Part shown: positions 19,627 to 29,706 of the stretch, piece by piece | How positions within the stretch are numbered: the stretch's first letter is position 1 | Layout: the number at the start of each line of letters is the position of its first letter | From: a virus | Lineage: Duplodnaviria; Heunggongvirae; Uroviricota; Caudoviricetes | Strand: one strand, 5' to 3' | DNA length: 64,000 nucleotides | Virus record (IMG/VR): IMGVR_UViG_3300021387_000529 | Coordinates: 90,811-154,810 of that record | Made by a program: the position numbers and the translations under genes | Notes under the pieces: model-generated | The model's input: the letters and a program-made list of their open reading frames with translations, nothing else | Told to the model about the DNA's origin: nothing | Database searches by the model: none

Positions 19627-19842
19627 ATGTTACGAGCATTAGTTGGATTTGTTTTAGGCTTTATCTCAGGCATGATGGTGATGGTCTCAATAATTGCATC
19701 ATCAGCACAAGTTAGAGCAATGACATTAATCTTTTCAGTAATAATGTTGCTGTTAAGTGTAACATTTGCACATTTACATCACAAACGAAAAAGAAATGAA
19801 TATTATAATAAATTTAAAGGTGGTAAAATATGGCGTACTTAG
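19627..19842 (+). CDS. Small two-TM membrane protein
   Basis: Two hydrophobic helices. Confidence 0.6.
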   Translation: MLRALVGFVLGFISGMMVMVSIIASSAQVRAMTLIFSVIMLLLSVTFAHLHHKRKRNEYYNKFKGGKIWRT

Positions 19843-20966
19843 TAGGTAAAACATCAATTGACATTATTGATGAAGATGCAATTGACATTCGTAAAAAATT
19901 GCCAATTGGTATTTACAAACTTCAAGTTGCACAAATGCGTGGTTTTTTCCTTGAGAAAGCAGAATACAAAACTGAGCATGGAAAAATTTATGGTAAAGCT
20001 GACAACATTGCTTCGCATATTGTTGAGGCATACAATCGAAGCAGCGACAATCTCGGAGTCTTGCTTTCAGGTGGAAAAGGCCTTGGTAAGTCATTGACAT
20101 CGCGTTTGGTTGTTGAAAAGTTGGCAAAAGACCACCCAATTATCATCATCGACCAATTTATCAATGGAATGTTTGACTTCTTGTCAGGTATTTCAGATGC
20201 AGTCTATCTTTTTGATGAATTTGAAAAAATTATGGCCGGAAACATCGACGGAAGTGACAACAACACAAAAGCAACGTCTAAACAGGACGCAATGCTTTCA
20301 TTCCTTGACGGAACAGCAGTTGGAAGCCATAACTTGTATCTTTTAACATGTAATGAAACTCGTAGCCTCAACGATTGTTTGATGAGCCGTCCAGGTCGTA
20401 TTCGCTATCATTATCGTTATGAAAGCTGCGATGCTGAAACAATCAAAAAATATTGTGCAGACAACCTTGACAGAAAAGAACTTGAAAAAGAGGTTATTGA
20501 AGGATTGCTCGCAACACGTTATGTTTCAATTGACATTGTTAAAGCTCTTGTTGATGAACTTAACGCATTCGATGTGTCAGTTGAAGAAGCGCTTGATTAT
20601 CTCAATATTGAAAGTGAAAGAATCAATATCATGGCAAAAATCACTTGGAGGATTGGTGATACTGAAAAGACTTACACAGAATATCCAGGAACTTTCATAC
20701 CAGGAAGCAGCTCATTCGACATCTATCTTGAAAGTGATGAAGTTGAAGACAAAAATAAAATGGAATTCTGCGCAAACTTGCATGTTGACATGTCTGGAAA
20801 GACTATTCCAATGTATGGCGCTGTTGATGTTACAGACTCAACATATATGGAATACCATTATGGTGATGAAGAGCCAGAAATTGTCAAAGTTGAGTTGAGC
20901 GACCGTGAAAATGCAAAATACGACAATTACAAAAAAATTAGCCGTGTAGACGGCTTAGACTTCTAA
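19830..20966 (+). CDS. AAA+ ATPase
   Basis: Walker A GGKGLGKS, Walker B LFDEFEK, SRPGRIRY. Confidence 0.9.
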   Translation: MAYLVGKTSIDIIDEDAIDIRKKLPIGIYKLQVAQMRGFFLEKAEYKTEHGKIYGKADNIASHIVEAYNRSSDNLGVLLSGGKGLGKSLTSRLVVEKLAKDHPIIIIDQFINGMFDFLSGISDAVYLFDEFEKIMAGNIDGSDNNTKATSKQDAMLSFLDGTAVGSHNLYLLTCNETRSLNDCLMSRPGRIRYHYRYESCDAETIKKYCADNLDRKELEKEVIEGLLATRYVSIDIVKALVDELNAFDVSVEEALDYLNIESERINIMAKITWRIGDTEKTYTEYPGTFIPGSSSFDIYLESDEVEDKNKMEFCANLHVDMSGKTIPMYGAVDVTDSTYMEYHYGDEEPEIVKVELSDRENAKYDNYKKISRVDGLDF

Positions 20967-20978
20967 AGGAGATTGAAG

Positions 20979-21416
20979 ATGGTATCTTACAAGATTTTTA
21001 TTTTTATCACAATGATTTTTATGCATATTCTTGAGGATTTCCATCTTCAAGGCTGCTTGGCGAATTTGAAGCAGAAAGATTGGTGGGAGAAAAATGTCGC
21101 TAACTTAAAAGACACAATTTATGCTCGTGACTATGCAGTTGCGCTAATTACCCACTCAATTGAAAATTCTATTTTTGTCATAATGCCAATTGTCATTGAT
21201 AATTTAATTTACATGTGCAAAAATGGAATAGACACAAATGCTTGGAAATTGTGGGCAATCTTTATTTTGCTCAATACAGCTTTTCATACATTTGTGGACA
21301 GCGCAAAATGCAATAAGAAAATAATCAATCTGGTTGTTGACCAAGTGCTTCATTTTGCTATGCTTATCATGATATTTGTTGTAAGTTGGAAGTATCTCGG
21401 CCTCTGGTTAATATAG
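20979..21416 (+). CDS. DUF3307-like membrane protein
   Basis: HILEDFHLQ, HTFVDSAKC, DQVLH. Confidence 0.75.
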   Translation: MVSYKIFIFITMIFMHILEDFHLQGCLANLKQKDWWEKNVANLKDTIYARDYAVALITHSIENSIFVIMPIVIDNLIYMCKNGIDTNAWKLWAIFILLNTAFHTFVDSAKCNKKIINLVVDQVLHFAMLIMIFVVSWKYLGLWLI

Positions 21417-21548
21417 TCTATAACTAATTTTTTAGAGGACAGCAAGATTCCACCTTGTTGAGGGAAGTTTTCATCGAGCTTCCCTCTAACTCTTTTATAC
21501 TAATTATTTTATAGTGCCGTGGAAAGCACTTAAAAGGAGAAAATATCG

Positions 21549-22349
21549 ATGAATTACAGACACATCTATATGTGTATAATTACACATGCAAAGACTTCTA
21601 ATCGTAAACGTGGTGATGGGAATTATTATGAAAAACATCACATCCTTCCAAGAAGTTTATTTCCAAATTGGATAACAAAAGAATCAAATACAGTCTTATT
21701 AACAGCTAGAGAGCATTTCTTCTGCCATCAACTTTTAACTAAAATTTATCCTTCATTTGAAATGGAAAAGGCTCTAAGCATATTTTGTAAATTTAAACAA
21801 GATAAAAGAGCTTTGACTTCAAGACAATATGAAATTTGTAGAAAAGCTGCACATAGAGCAAATTTATTATGGTGGTCTGATGACTCAAACAGAGAACGAA
21901 TGAGAAAAAATTTACATGAAGCTCTGAAAACTAGAAAAATTGTTTTTAGTGAAAAAACCAAGCAACAAATGAGTGAAAGAAGCTCCAAGAGTCGTTGGTA
22001 TAATAATGGAGAACGAGAAACTTTTTCAGTTAAATGTCCTGATGGGTTTATTCCAGGTAGATTAAAACTAACGAAAGAACAAAAACAGCATAAATTAGAA
22101 GCTCTAAGAAAAAACAGAGCAAATAGAACTGAAGAAGAAAAACAGTTGGAATTTGAAAGACGATCTTTAGCTAATAAAAAGCGGCCTAAAAAACAAAAGA
22201 AAAATATTAATATAAGAAAATATACACTTGACGAATGGAATAATATACAGAAAAAGGCTAAGCTAACAGCTTTTGAAACTGGAAAGTCTTATTCAGAGTG
22301 TATTAATTTAATTAAAAAGGAGGTATGCCCATGTCGAAAATATGTATAA
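21549..22349 (+). CDS. HNH homing endonuclease (free-standing)
   Basis: YYEKHHILPRS...NTVLLTAREHFFCHQLL; WYNNG..GFIPGR tail. Confidence 0.88.
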   Translation: MNYRHIYMCIITHAKTSNRKRGDGNYYEKHHILPRSLFPNWITKESNTVLLTAREHFFCHQLLTKIYPSFEMEKALSIFCKFKQDKRALTSRQYEICRKAAHRANLLWWSDDSNRERMRKNLHEALKTRKIVFSEKTKQQMSERSSKSRWYNNGERETFSVKCPDGFIPGRLKLTKEQKQHKLEALRKNRANRTEEEKQLEFERRSLANKKRPKKQKKNINIRKYTLDEWNNIQKKAKLTAFETGKSYSECINLIKKEVCPCRKYV

Positions 22350-23374
22350 TTCCTGATATTCATGGTTCTCATGAGTGGGAAAAAGCTAAAGATTTAAAAG
22401 CTGACTATTATGTATTTCTCGGCGATCTTTGACTCGTTGATGCATGGAACAATAAATGGCCAGACCAAGGTGAAAACATTGCTGCTTTTGCTGCTTGGGT
22501 TCGGGAAGACCCTGAACATCGTATTTGGCTTTTAGGAAATCATGACTGGAGCTATCTTTCACAATCAAGAAATGGCGGAAATTGCAGTGGCCATCAAAAT
22601 GGAAAAGCTGGCGAAATCCGTTCTCTTTTACTTGCAAATAAAGACTTGATTAAATTGGCTTGGGAATGTGATGGTTGGGTATTTTCACATGCTGGTTTTA
22701 CAAATCATGCTATTGGTTACATGAAGAAAGTTATGCACAATCTTTTTGAAGTGCATCCAAAAGCTGAGAAAACCAATTTTGAAAGTCAAGAAGAATATAA
22801 AGCTTATATGGACGAATTGTATAAAGACTTCAAAGAATGGGATGAGTCTGAATACAGTATTGGCCTATTGAATAAAACTTTTGCAGAAAGAATGGCTGAA
22901 TATCCAGAAAATGCACATAAGTGGCTCGCTTTTGATGAGAAACTTGATTGGGACGGATGCTTTTCTGGAAGTGGTGATGAAGTGTCACAGTTCTGTTTAT
23001 GGGTTCGTCCCCATTCATTACTTGAAGATGCAGCTTATCCAAAACAGGTAGTTGGACATACTGAATATTGTTTCTGGAATAAACCTGAAGTTTTGACAAA
23101 AGGTGAGAATGTAGCTATTCTTATGGATAGCCGCGATCATCACATCATGATGTTTGATACACAAGACGTGCCAAAAGGCAGAACTGAACTTGACTTCAAT
23201 CGTGCTATTAAACAACTTGATAAACAGGTTTGTAATTTGAAGTCTGTTTTTGGTATGTTCACAATGGGTGATGACACACTTTCAGACGAAGAAAAACATG
23301 CTAAAGTTTTGGAAGAGTTTCCAGAAAATGGTGAGTTTATCTGGAAAAGTTTTTTCAAAAGTGAGGAATTGTAA
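22331..23374 (+). pseudogene. Calcineurin-like metallophosphoesterase interrupted by a single in-frame TGA at 22430 (pseudogene or recoded)
   Basis: DIHG, GDL*LVD, GNHD, SHAG and VGHT all lie in one frame. Confidence 0.8.
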
Positions 23375-24078
23375 TGGCAACACTTAAAACTGACATTTTG
23401 AACAAATATATCAATGCTAAGAATGAAGCAAAACAAATGCAGAATTTATATCTTTTGCAAATATCTTCTGTTAAATGTTTAGCTCGTTATCAAAATCAAA
23501 GCCTCGAAACTCAGAAAGAATTCAAGCAATTTGAAGATTGCAAAACTGATGAAGAAGCTATTAAACGATGGGATGAAACAACTCCTCATACGCGTCGACT
23601 TCGTAGCATGAAAGCTGAGTCATGTCGTAAAGCCAAATATGCTGCTCGTGATGCTCAGAGAAAAATGGCGAAAGCATATGAAGAGCTCACTCATTATTAT
23701 GAAAAACGCCCAGTTTGGTTTGTAGCATCTGTTCGTGACCATGATGAGATTGTCCCAAAAATTGAAGGCAAAGAAGAGCTTGCAGGAACTGTTTATCACA
23801 ATCATGATAGCAGATGTTGGGGTTTCTTCTATGACCTTGAAACTGCAATGGAAGCAATCCGCAACAATGTGACTGATTTAAATGAAGCTGGTTACTATGC
23901 TTATGCCGTGATTGAGCCAAAGGAACAAGGTTTGTGTTGTGTTGAGCCTTCATGCCTTAACAGATGGTTTAAGGCAAAATATGGCACAGACAAAGATGGC
24001 AATAAAATATGCACAGGCTATGTTGACTGTGAAGAGCCTGAATGGGCAAAACAAATTGTAGGATGGACAATATCATGA
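23374..24078 (+). CDS. Hypothetical protein
   Basis: 234 aa, TAATG coupling. Confidence 0.7.
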   Translation: MATLKTDILNKYINAKNEAKQMQNLYLLQISSVKCLARYQNQSLETQKEFKQFEDCKTDEEAIKRWDETTPHTRRLRSMKAESCRKAKYAARDAQRKMAKAYEELTHYYEKRPVWFVASVRDHDEIVPKIEGKEELAGTVYHNHDSRCWGFFYDLETAMEAIRNNVTDLNEAGYYAYAVIEPKEQGLCCVEPSCLNRWFKAKYGTDKDGNKICTGYVDCEEPEWAKQIVGWTIS

Positions 24079-24608
24079 CACGAAAAGAAGCAAAAAAGTT
24101 TAAGAAAATTGCAGAACTTGTAAACAAAGTTTGGAAAGTTGAAGAAGCAAACTATGATGAAGACATCAAGTCTAAGGTTTATGGTGACTGGGATAAAACT
24201 GGTGAAGGTCATGTTCATGTTTCTTCAGACATCATAAACATTTGTTTCAAACAAGGTGGAATAGTTTTTTATTCTGACAATTGGAAAAACTCAAGAGGTG
24301 AGCAGATTGTTGGTATAGTTGGCTACATTCCTGAGCACAAATTGGAAGTTTGGTTTGGTTGGCAGAAACGCTATAAGAAATTTTGCTGGAGTACAATTGT
24401 TGGATATAGCGGTTGCCATAGCTACCATGATGCTATTGTTGATGCGTATCTCTATAAAGTTCAAGATGCTGTCCTCCATTACATTATTGAAAACTTTGAC
24501 TATGAAAAAGTTGCGCTCTCATTATGTGGAGTAATGTCTGAAATAAGAAGAAAAGAATTTGGCCTCAATATAGCTGGCGATTCATATTTCAATAAGAAAA
24601 AAGATTAA
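24075..24608 (+). CDS. Hypothetical protein
   Basis: ATGA coupling. Confidence 0.65.
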   Translation: MTRKEAKKFKKIAELVNKVWKVEEANYDEDIKSKVYGDWDKTGEGHVHVSSDIINICFKQGGIVFYSDNWKNSRGEQIVGIVGYIPEHKLEVWFGWQKRYKKFCWSTIVGYSGCHSYHDAIVDAYLYKVQDAVLHYIIENFDYEKVALSLCGVMSEIRRKEFGLNIAGDSYFNKKKD

Positions 24609-24615
24609 AAAATTT

Positions 24616-24654
24616 TTGAACTATCTCTTGGGTTTTCATATATTATATTCGTAA
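24616..24654 (+). promoter_or_regulatory. Repeated sigma70-type phage promoter
   Basis: TTGAAC-N17-TATATT...CGTAA. Confidence 0.8.
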
Positions 24655-24678
24655 ATCAAACTTAAGAGGTAGTTAACC

Positions 24679-25005
24679 ATGGCAAGAACAAAAGAAGAAA
24701 AGCTCGCTATTGCTGAAAAGAAGACATATTACACATACACTTACGACTATGTCCGCCACAATCCACAAACCGGAACATATCATGCATCATCAACAGTAAT
24801 CGCATCAAGCGACAAGGAAGCTGAAAAGCTTGCTCGCAAAAACTGCGACAATGTACTTTATGGCTCAAATGTTTTTGACCATATCGAAAAAAGAAGCGAT
24901 GCTTTGGTTCGTGATGTTGACTACATCCTCAAAGCTATTTCACGCCGTGACCGTTATGGTTACCCAACCGGTGTATATGACATTATTGCTCAGGAAATCT
25001 ATTAA
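24679..25005 (+). CDS. Hypothetical protein
   Basis: GAGGT RBS. Confidence 0.7.
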   Translation: MARTKEEKLAIAEKKTYYTYTYDYVRHNPQTGTYHASSTVIASSDKEAEKLARKNCDNVLYGSNVFDHIEKRSDALVRDVDYILKAISRRDRYGYPTGVYDIIAQEIY

Positions 25006-25017
25006 GGAGATAAACTA

Positions 25018-25185
25018 ATGGAACAGAAATCATTATTTGACGGAATACGCGATGGCAAGCCAATTCCAAATCAACCTATCGCAACAGTCGTTCTTCCACG
25101 AAGTCAAGTATCTGGCTTTAATCTTCCAATAGTTGAAGGACTTCCGCCTAAGAAAATTGAAAAGTTGTTATCTAACTCGATCTAA
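25018..25185 (+). CDS. Small hypothetical protein (55 aa)
   Basis: AAGGAG RBS, open frame. Confidence 0.55.
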   Translation: MEQKSLFDGIRDGKPIPNQPIATVVLPRSQVSGFNLPIVEGLPPKKIEKLLSNSI

Positions 25186-25203
25186 CATAACGGGAGCAAA
25201 ATA

Positions 25204-25632
25204 ATGAAAGTTAAGACTAAGGTAATTTACGTTGCGCACGACGGAAAGGAATTCGAAACAGAAGAAATGTGCAAAGTCTATGAAGCAAACAACACAATTC
25301 CTGGTTTGCGCAATGTCATCAACAATGAAGAATTGCATCGTAGAAATTCTGTGAGCCGCAAAAATCATCTTAAAAACTGCAAACTTCCTCAGCTTGAAAA
25401 AGACATCAAGCTTTATTCGAGTGAGATTGATAAAGCTCTGTTAAAAGGCGCATACAAACTTAAACCAAAAGAGATTATCAGAATCAGAAATTTGATGAAC
25501 AAACTTGAAGAAGCAAAGTCTTCACAGGCAGCTCACATCAGAGCTTTGCAGTCATGCAGAGAAGATATTCGCAATCGTCGTAAAACAATTCTCAAAATCC
25601 AGAACAAGATTAACGAGTTGGAGGGAAAGTAA
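25204..25632 (+). CDS. Hypothetical coiled-coil protein
   Basis: GGAG RBS; YVAHDGKEFETEEMC. Confidence 0.7.
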   Translation: MKVKTKVIYVAHDGKEFETEEMCKVYEANNTIPGLRNVINNEELHRRNSVSRKNHLKNCKLPQLEKDIKLYSSEIDKALLKGAYKLKPKEIIRIRNLMNKLEEAKSSQAAHIRALQSCREDIRNRRKTILKIQNKINELEGK

Positions 25633-25636
25633 AAAA

Positions 25637-25675
25637 TTGAACTTCTTGTAAAACTTCCATATATTATGTATGTAA
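25637..25675 (+). promoter_or_regulatory. Repeated sigma70-type phage promoter
   Basis: TTGAAC-N17-TATATT...TGTAA. Confidence 0.8.
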
Positions 25676-25699
25676 ATCAAACTTAAGAGAGGTCCTAAA

Positions 25700-25984
25700 A
25701 TGAAGAAGAGCGAAGCTTACGTTAATCTTTTAGCGAAAGAATTTGGCATTCCAGTTGAAACGGCTGAAGCTATCTATAAAGCCATCAACAAATTCGACTG
25801 GGAAGTTTTCTGCTCTTACATGGCGGATGACAGGGACCATCCTGAAGAGCGTAAAGCTGCCAGAAAAAAGCTGATTTCAATCAGAGAAAAATATGACACT
25901 GAGCTTTTCGATAAAATCGAAGCTTATATGTCAGACGATAATAATTACAGCATTCATCACATGGAGGAAGAAGTAGATGAGTAA
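25700..25984 (+). CDS. Hypothetical protein
   Basis: GAGGT RBS. Confidence 0.7.
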   Translation: MKKSEAYVNLLAKEFGIPVETAEAIYKAINKFDWEVFCSYMADDRDHPEERKAARKKLISIREKYDTELFDKIEAYMSDDNNYSIHHMEEEVDE

Positions 25985-26567
25985 AGCAGGCACAATTGTC
26001 ATTACAATTGCAGCAGTTGTTCTTGTAACACTTGCTGTTGTGGTTGGAGTGTTCACAACACAGAACACAGCACTTTCAAAAGAACAGGCGGTAACTGAGC
26101 AGCTTGATGTGATTGCAGTTTCTCAGAATGAGATGTTCAATTCACTTGAAGCTTTGGTTGCGTCGGTAAAAGACTACAAGAACTATGAGGGTGAAGCTCT
26201 CGAAAAGATTGTGGCCGCACGTGTTGGTGGAAATTCATCAGCAGCAATTTCTAAGAACAGCGAAACATTGGCAAAGGCAAATGAACAGGCGAAGATTTAT
26301 ATCAATGCAGTACATGAAGCTTATCCAGAACTTAAAGCAGCAGAACTATACAAAGAATATATGACAGCTGTACAGCGATACAATTCAAAAGTTGCGCAAA
26401 GTCATAAAGCATATGCACGAGCAAAAGCAGACTATCGAAGATGCACACGAGCTTGGCCTCGCCGCAATTTCCTCGAAATGGTTGGTTATGAAATCATCGA
26501 GTTTGAAGACCTCTATGATGGTTCATCAGTAAAACTTCCAAACCAGGGTAAACCTACAACACTTTAA
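25977..26567 (+). CDS. lemA: LemA family protein
   Basis: N-terminal TM, YEGEALEKIVAAR, EAYPELKA. Confidence 0.8.
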   Translation: MSKAGTIVITIAAVVLVTLAVVVGVFTTQNTALSKEQAVTEQLDVIAVSQNEMFNSLEALVASVKDYKNYEGEALEKIVAARVGGNSSAAISKNSETLAKANEQAKIYINAVHEAYPELKAAELYKEYMTAVQRYNSKVAQSHKAYARAKADYRRCTRAWPRRNFLEMVGYEIIEFEDLYDGSSVKLPNQGKPTTL

Positions 26568-26578
26568 GGAGACATAAA

Positions 26579-27409
26579 ATGAATAAACATCCGACTGTTT
26601 TGTTCTATCTTCCAGGTTATGGCGAAATTACAGCACGAGAACTGATTTTCGGAATTGGTATTCTCGCCATCTACATAATCTTGGGAATGTTCATTCACGG
26701 AAAGATTGTGACTTCGATTGACAAGCACAACTTGAAGTATATGAATGCCTACGTAATCCAAGACAATGACACATTCAAACAGGCCTACGAGACGGAACAG
26801 GGAGCGGATGTTTTCGCTTATGGAAAGCTCGAAGCTGTTGGATATGTAACTGCTGAAAGTTGGGTAAACCATTACAACAAAAATGAGAGCGGTATGAGAG
26901 CTGCTGTTAACCAGGCAAATGGCAAATACTCAGTCATCGGCATCGAGAAAGAACATTACACACGCCATACACGAATTGTGCATTATACAGTCAATGGAAA
27001 AACACATACACGTACTGAAGTCTATTACACATGGGACACTGTTTGGAACAATTGGCTCCATGTTGGAAAAACAAAGTTTGCAGGTATAGAATTTCCATAC
27101 GGCACATTCAAGTTCAATGGCTGCCATCAAGTTGGTTACAATCGTTCTGGAAGCGACAGATGGACAATTCGAGCTTATCCGCTTGAGTGTTCAGGAATTA
27201 CGTTCATAAACATCAACAACAAAGATGTTGGAACTGACAACGCAATCTATAATAAAAATAACACACCAGAAGACTTTGAAGCACTTCGTGAAGACATGCT
27301 TATGGGAAATGGCTGGTTAGTCTTCTTCTGGATAACATTCATCGTGGTTGGTATTGCTCTCATCTTCTTATGGGCAATGCTTGATAACAGTTGGCTCAAC
27401 GAATTGTAA
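26579..27409 (+). CDS. Membrane protein with N- and C-terminal TM helices, next to lemA
   Basis: Two TM segments; HYTRHTR...EVYYTWD. Confidence 0.7.
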   Translation: MNKHPTVLFYLPGYGEITARELIFGIGILAIYIILGMFIHGKIVTSIDKHNLKYMNAYVIQDNDTFKQAYETEQGADVFAYGKLEAVGYVTAESWVNHYNKNESGMRAAVNQANGKYSVIGIEKEHYTRHTRIVHYTVNGKTHTRTEVYYTWDTVWNNWLHVGKTKFAGIEFPYGTFKFNGCHQVGYNRSGSDRWTIRAYPLECSGITFININNKDVGTDNAIYNKNNTPEDFEALREDMLMGNGWLVFFWITFIVVGIALIFLWAMLDNSWLNEL

Positions 27410-27585
27410 TGGAAGGAGAAAAAGATGGAAATGTCAATGATTGAAAGAGCACGTGAAATTGCCGACTTGGCGAGCAGCGAGTATGCTTCAGACAAAGAGC
27501 TCGCTGTTCTCAGTGAGAAGTTTTTTGCCGACTTTGGTTGTCATTGGACAGAAATTCTTAATTAATCTTTTAAAAGGAGGTTATT

Positions 27586-28176
27586 ATGATACATCCAAAT
27601 GGTTCACTTTCTTTGTACCAACTCTCTAACATGCTCAAGTCAGATGAATATGTCATCTATTTTGAGCCAAATGACGAGCCAGAAGATTGGGATTGGAGAC
27701 ATAAAGGTTTTTGGCGTTCGCCAAATCGTGTCCAGCTTACGAATATCAATAAGCTTCTTTGGGCACTTGAAAGTGAGTACAACAAACAAGGTTCAATCAT
27801 TTATGACATGACAGAAAACTACTTCAAAAATCATCCATATGAAGGTGAAGAAGTTTCACATGTTGACACAACTTTCAATTGGCAATACAGTTCGCCATAC
27901 GGTAAGAAATACTGCTATAAGATTTGCCCATGCACCTATCTTGGTGAAGCTCCAAAACATATTCCACTTGAGATTGTATGCTATGATAACGGTTTCAAAG
28001 GAAGCTGCTTCCAGATTGGTTCTTGGAAACGTGACAAAGAAGGTTATGAATTCCATTCTTGTGGAAATCGCCTTTGGAAATACGTTGACGAAAAAGACAT
28101 TCCAGTCATTTGGAACATTTTGAAAGAAGTTGACGAGTTTCTTGCAAAAAAATTTATTGATGAAGGAGACGACTAA
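27586..28176 (+). CDS. Hypothetical protein
   Basis: AGGAGG RBS. Confidence 0.7.
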   Translation: MIHPNGSLSLYQLSNMLKSDEYVIYFEPNDEPEDWDWRHKGFWRSPNRVQLTNINKLLWALESEYNKQGSIIYDMTENYFKNHPYEGEEVSHVDTTFNWQYSSPYGKKYCYKICPCTYLGEAPKHIPLEIVCYDNGFKGSCFQIGSWKRDKEGYEFHSCGNRLWKYVDEKDIPVIWNILKEVDEFLAKKFIDEGDD

Positions 28177-28181
28177 CACAT

Positions 28182-28781
28182 ATGTTTTTCCATAAACAAA
28201 AGAAAATCATTAGAAAAGTAATGTACGTCATTACTGACTATGATGACAAAATTATCAAAAGCTTTGAAAGCGATACAGACCTTAAAGACTATGTTGATGC
28301 ACATTACACTCGCATTCGACAAAGAGACAACTTCGACTTTGCCAAAGATGAAATGTTCTTTTCGCATAAATACACATATGAGAATGACGAGCTTGTAAGC
28401 GACCGAAGCGTTTTTGGCGAAATGTTTGTTAAAGATGATTTTCTTAAATCGCATGGTTTTGTTGAAGTTGATGACTCAGAACTTTATAATTTTGCAAGAG
28501 ACTTTGGTTTCAGAACACTTCAAACAGGAAACTTTGGCTGCGCAGTTCATAAAGAAGACCTCGAAAAAGTCAAAAACATCGCTCAAGCTGATTACAAACC
28601 TTTTGTTTTGAAAGGAAGTGACTGGCCGTATTGGTTCAAGGTAGACGGTAAGCTTATTAAGAGCAGAACTTCTTCTTGGAAAAACCACATTTACACAATG
28701 TATGGTTACATCACTGAAGAATCTCTTGAGGAATATAATGGCCCAGATAAATGCAAGGAGCACGTAAATGATAGCCTATAG
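28182..28781 (+). CDS. Hypothetical protein
   Basis: 199 aa ORF. Confidence 0.7.
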   Translation: MFFHKQKKIIRKVMYVITDYDDKIIKSFESDTDLKDYVDAHYTRIRQRDNFDFAKDEMFFSHKYTYENDELVSDRSVFGEMFVKDDFLKSHGFVEVDDSELYNFARDFGFRTLQTGNFGCAVHKEDLEKVKNIAQADYKPFVLKGSDWPYWFKVDGKLIKSRTSSWKNHIYTMYGYITEESLEEYNGPDKCKEHVNDSL

Positions 28782-29061
28782 TCTTCTTAAAATTGTTGGT
28801 ATATCATTCGCTTACATTTTTTGTGCTGTTGCTTCTTTCTATTGTGGAATGTTCATAACCTATCTTATTCGTGATAAAGAATATTCTTTGTACAATTTCA
28901 AGAAATGGAAAGAAGACAATCCAACTGGCTGCATCTTTGAGGTGATGATTATATCACTTGTATGGCCAGTAACTGTTCCACTTACATTGGCTGTATTAGC
29001 TGTTTGGGGTTCAATCAAACTTTGCAGCTGGCCATTTCAAAAAATATTGTACAGGTTTTAA
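28768..29061 (+). CDS. Small membrane protein
   Basis: Two hydrophobic helices, AGGAG RBS. Confidence 0.65.
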   Translation: MIAYSLLKIVGISFAYIFCAVASFYCGMFITYLIRDKEYSLYNFKKWKEDNPTGCIFEVMIISLVWPVTVPLTLAVLAVWGSIKLCSWPFQKILYRF

Positions 29062-29062
29062 T

Positions 29063-29701
29063 ATGAAATCAAATTGGAACGCAAATAAGAATTATCTCAT
29101 GTACTCTGGAGCTGACTTTCTAGGTTTTGTTAAGCCAGTAGTTGGCTTACATGGTTTAGAATACATCGCATGGCTCGCAAAAGATGATCAAAGAACTTGT
29201 ATATTGCACAGAAATTCTCTTAAAGAATGCATTGATAAAGTTGAGAGCTTTTTCGCAATGCCAATCAGTGAGCAGCGTTTCATTTTTGAAGCAAGAAAGA
29301 AGGATGACACTAAAGTTGCGCATCTTCTTATTGGTGAGCCAAACTATGGCTGGATTAAAAGATATGACATTCAGCGATTTAGTCCAGATTACATAAGATG
29401 TGATGTGACATATGATAAAAGCATTATTGTTTGTGATGCATTTACAAAAGTTGTAGATGCTGTAGTACTTTGTCATAGGCTTAGACAGCTTGGTTTCAGC
29501 ATCTATGTTCATCATGTGTTCCGTCTTACATTTGATGAGAGCTTTAAGCCAGTGATTGACCCAGATGAATGGAAAAAAATCAACATGTTTCTTTTGAATG
29601 AATATGAAGCCGACAAAATCGACTATGAGCATATTTGTTGTGGAAAAGATGAATATTCATTCCATGATGCTGAAGAACTTTTATATGGAGAGTTAATCTA
29701 A
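29063..29701 (+). CDS. Hypothetical protein
   Basis: 212 aa ORF. Confidence 0.65.
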   Translation: MKSNWNANKNYLMYSGADFLGFVKPVVGLHGLEYIAWLAKDDQRTCILHRNSLKECIDKVESFFAMPISEQRFIFEARKKDDTKVAHLLIGEPNYGWIKRYDIQRFSPDYIRCDVTYDKSIIVCDAFTKVVDAVVLCHRLRQLGFSIYVHHVFRLTFDESFKPVIDPDEWKKINMFLLNEYEADKIDYEHICCGKDEYSFHDAEELLYGELI

Positions 29702-29706
29702 TCATT

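Noticed and set aside
22427-22433. CTTTGAC matching the prfB +1 frameshift site
   Set aside because: The +1 frame hits TAG about 100 nt later, and the GNHD motif lies in frame 0
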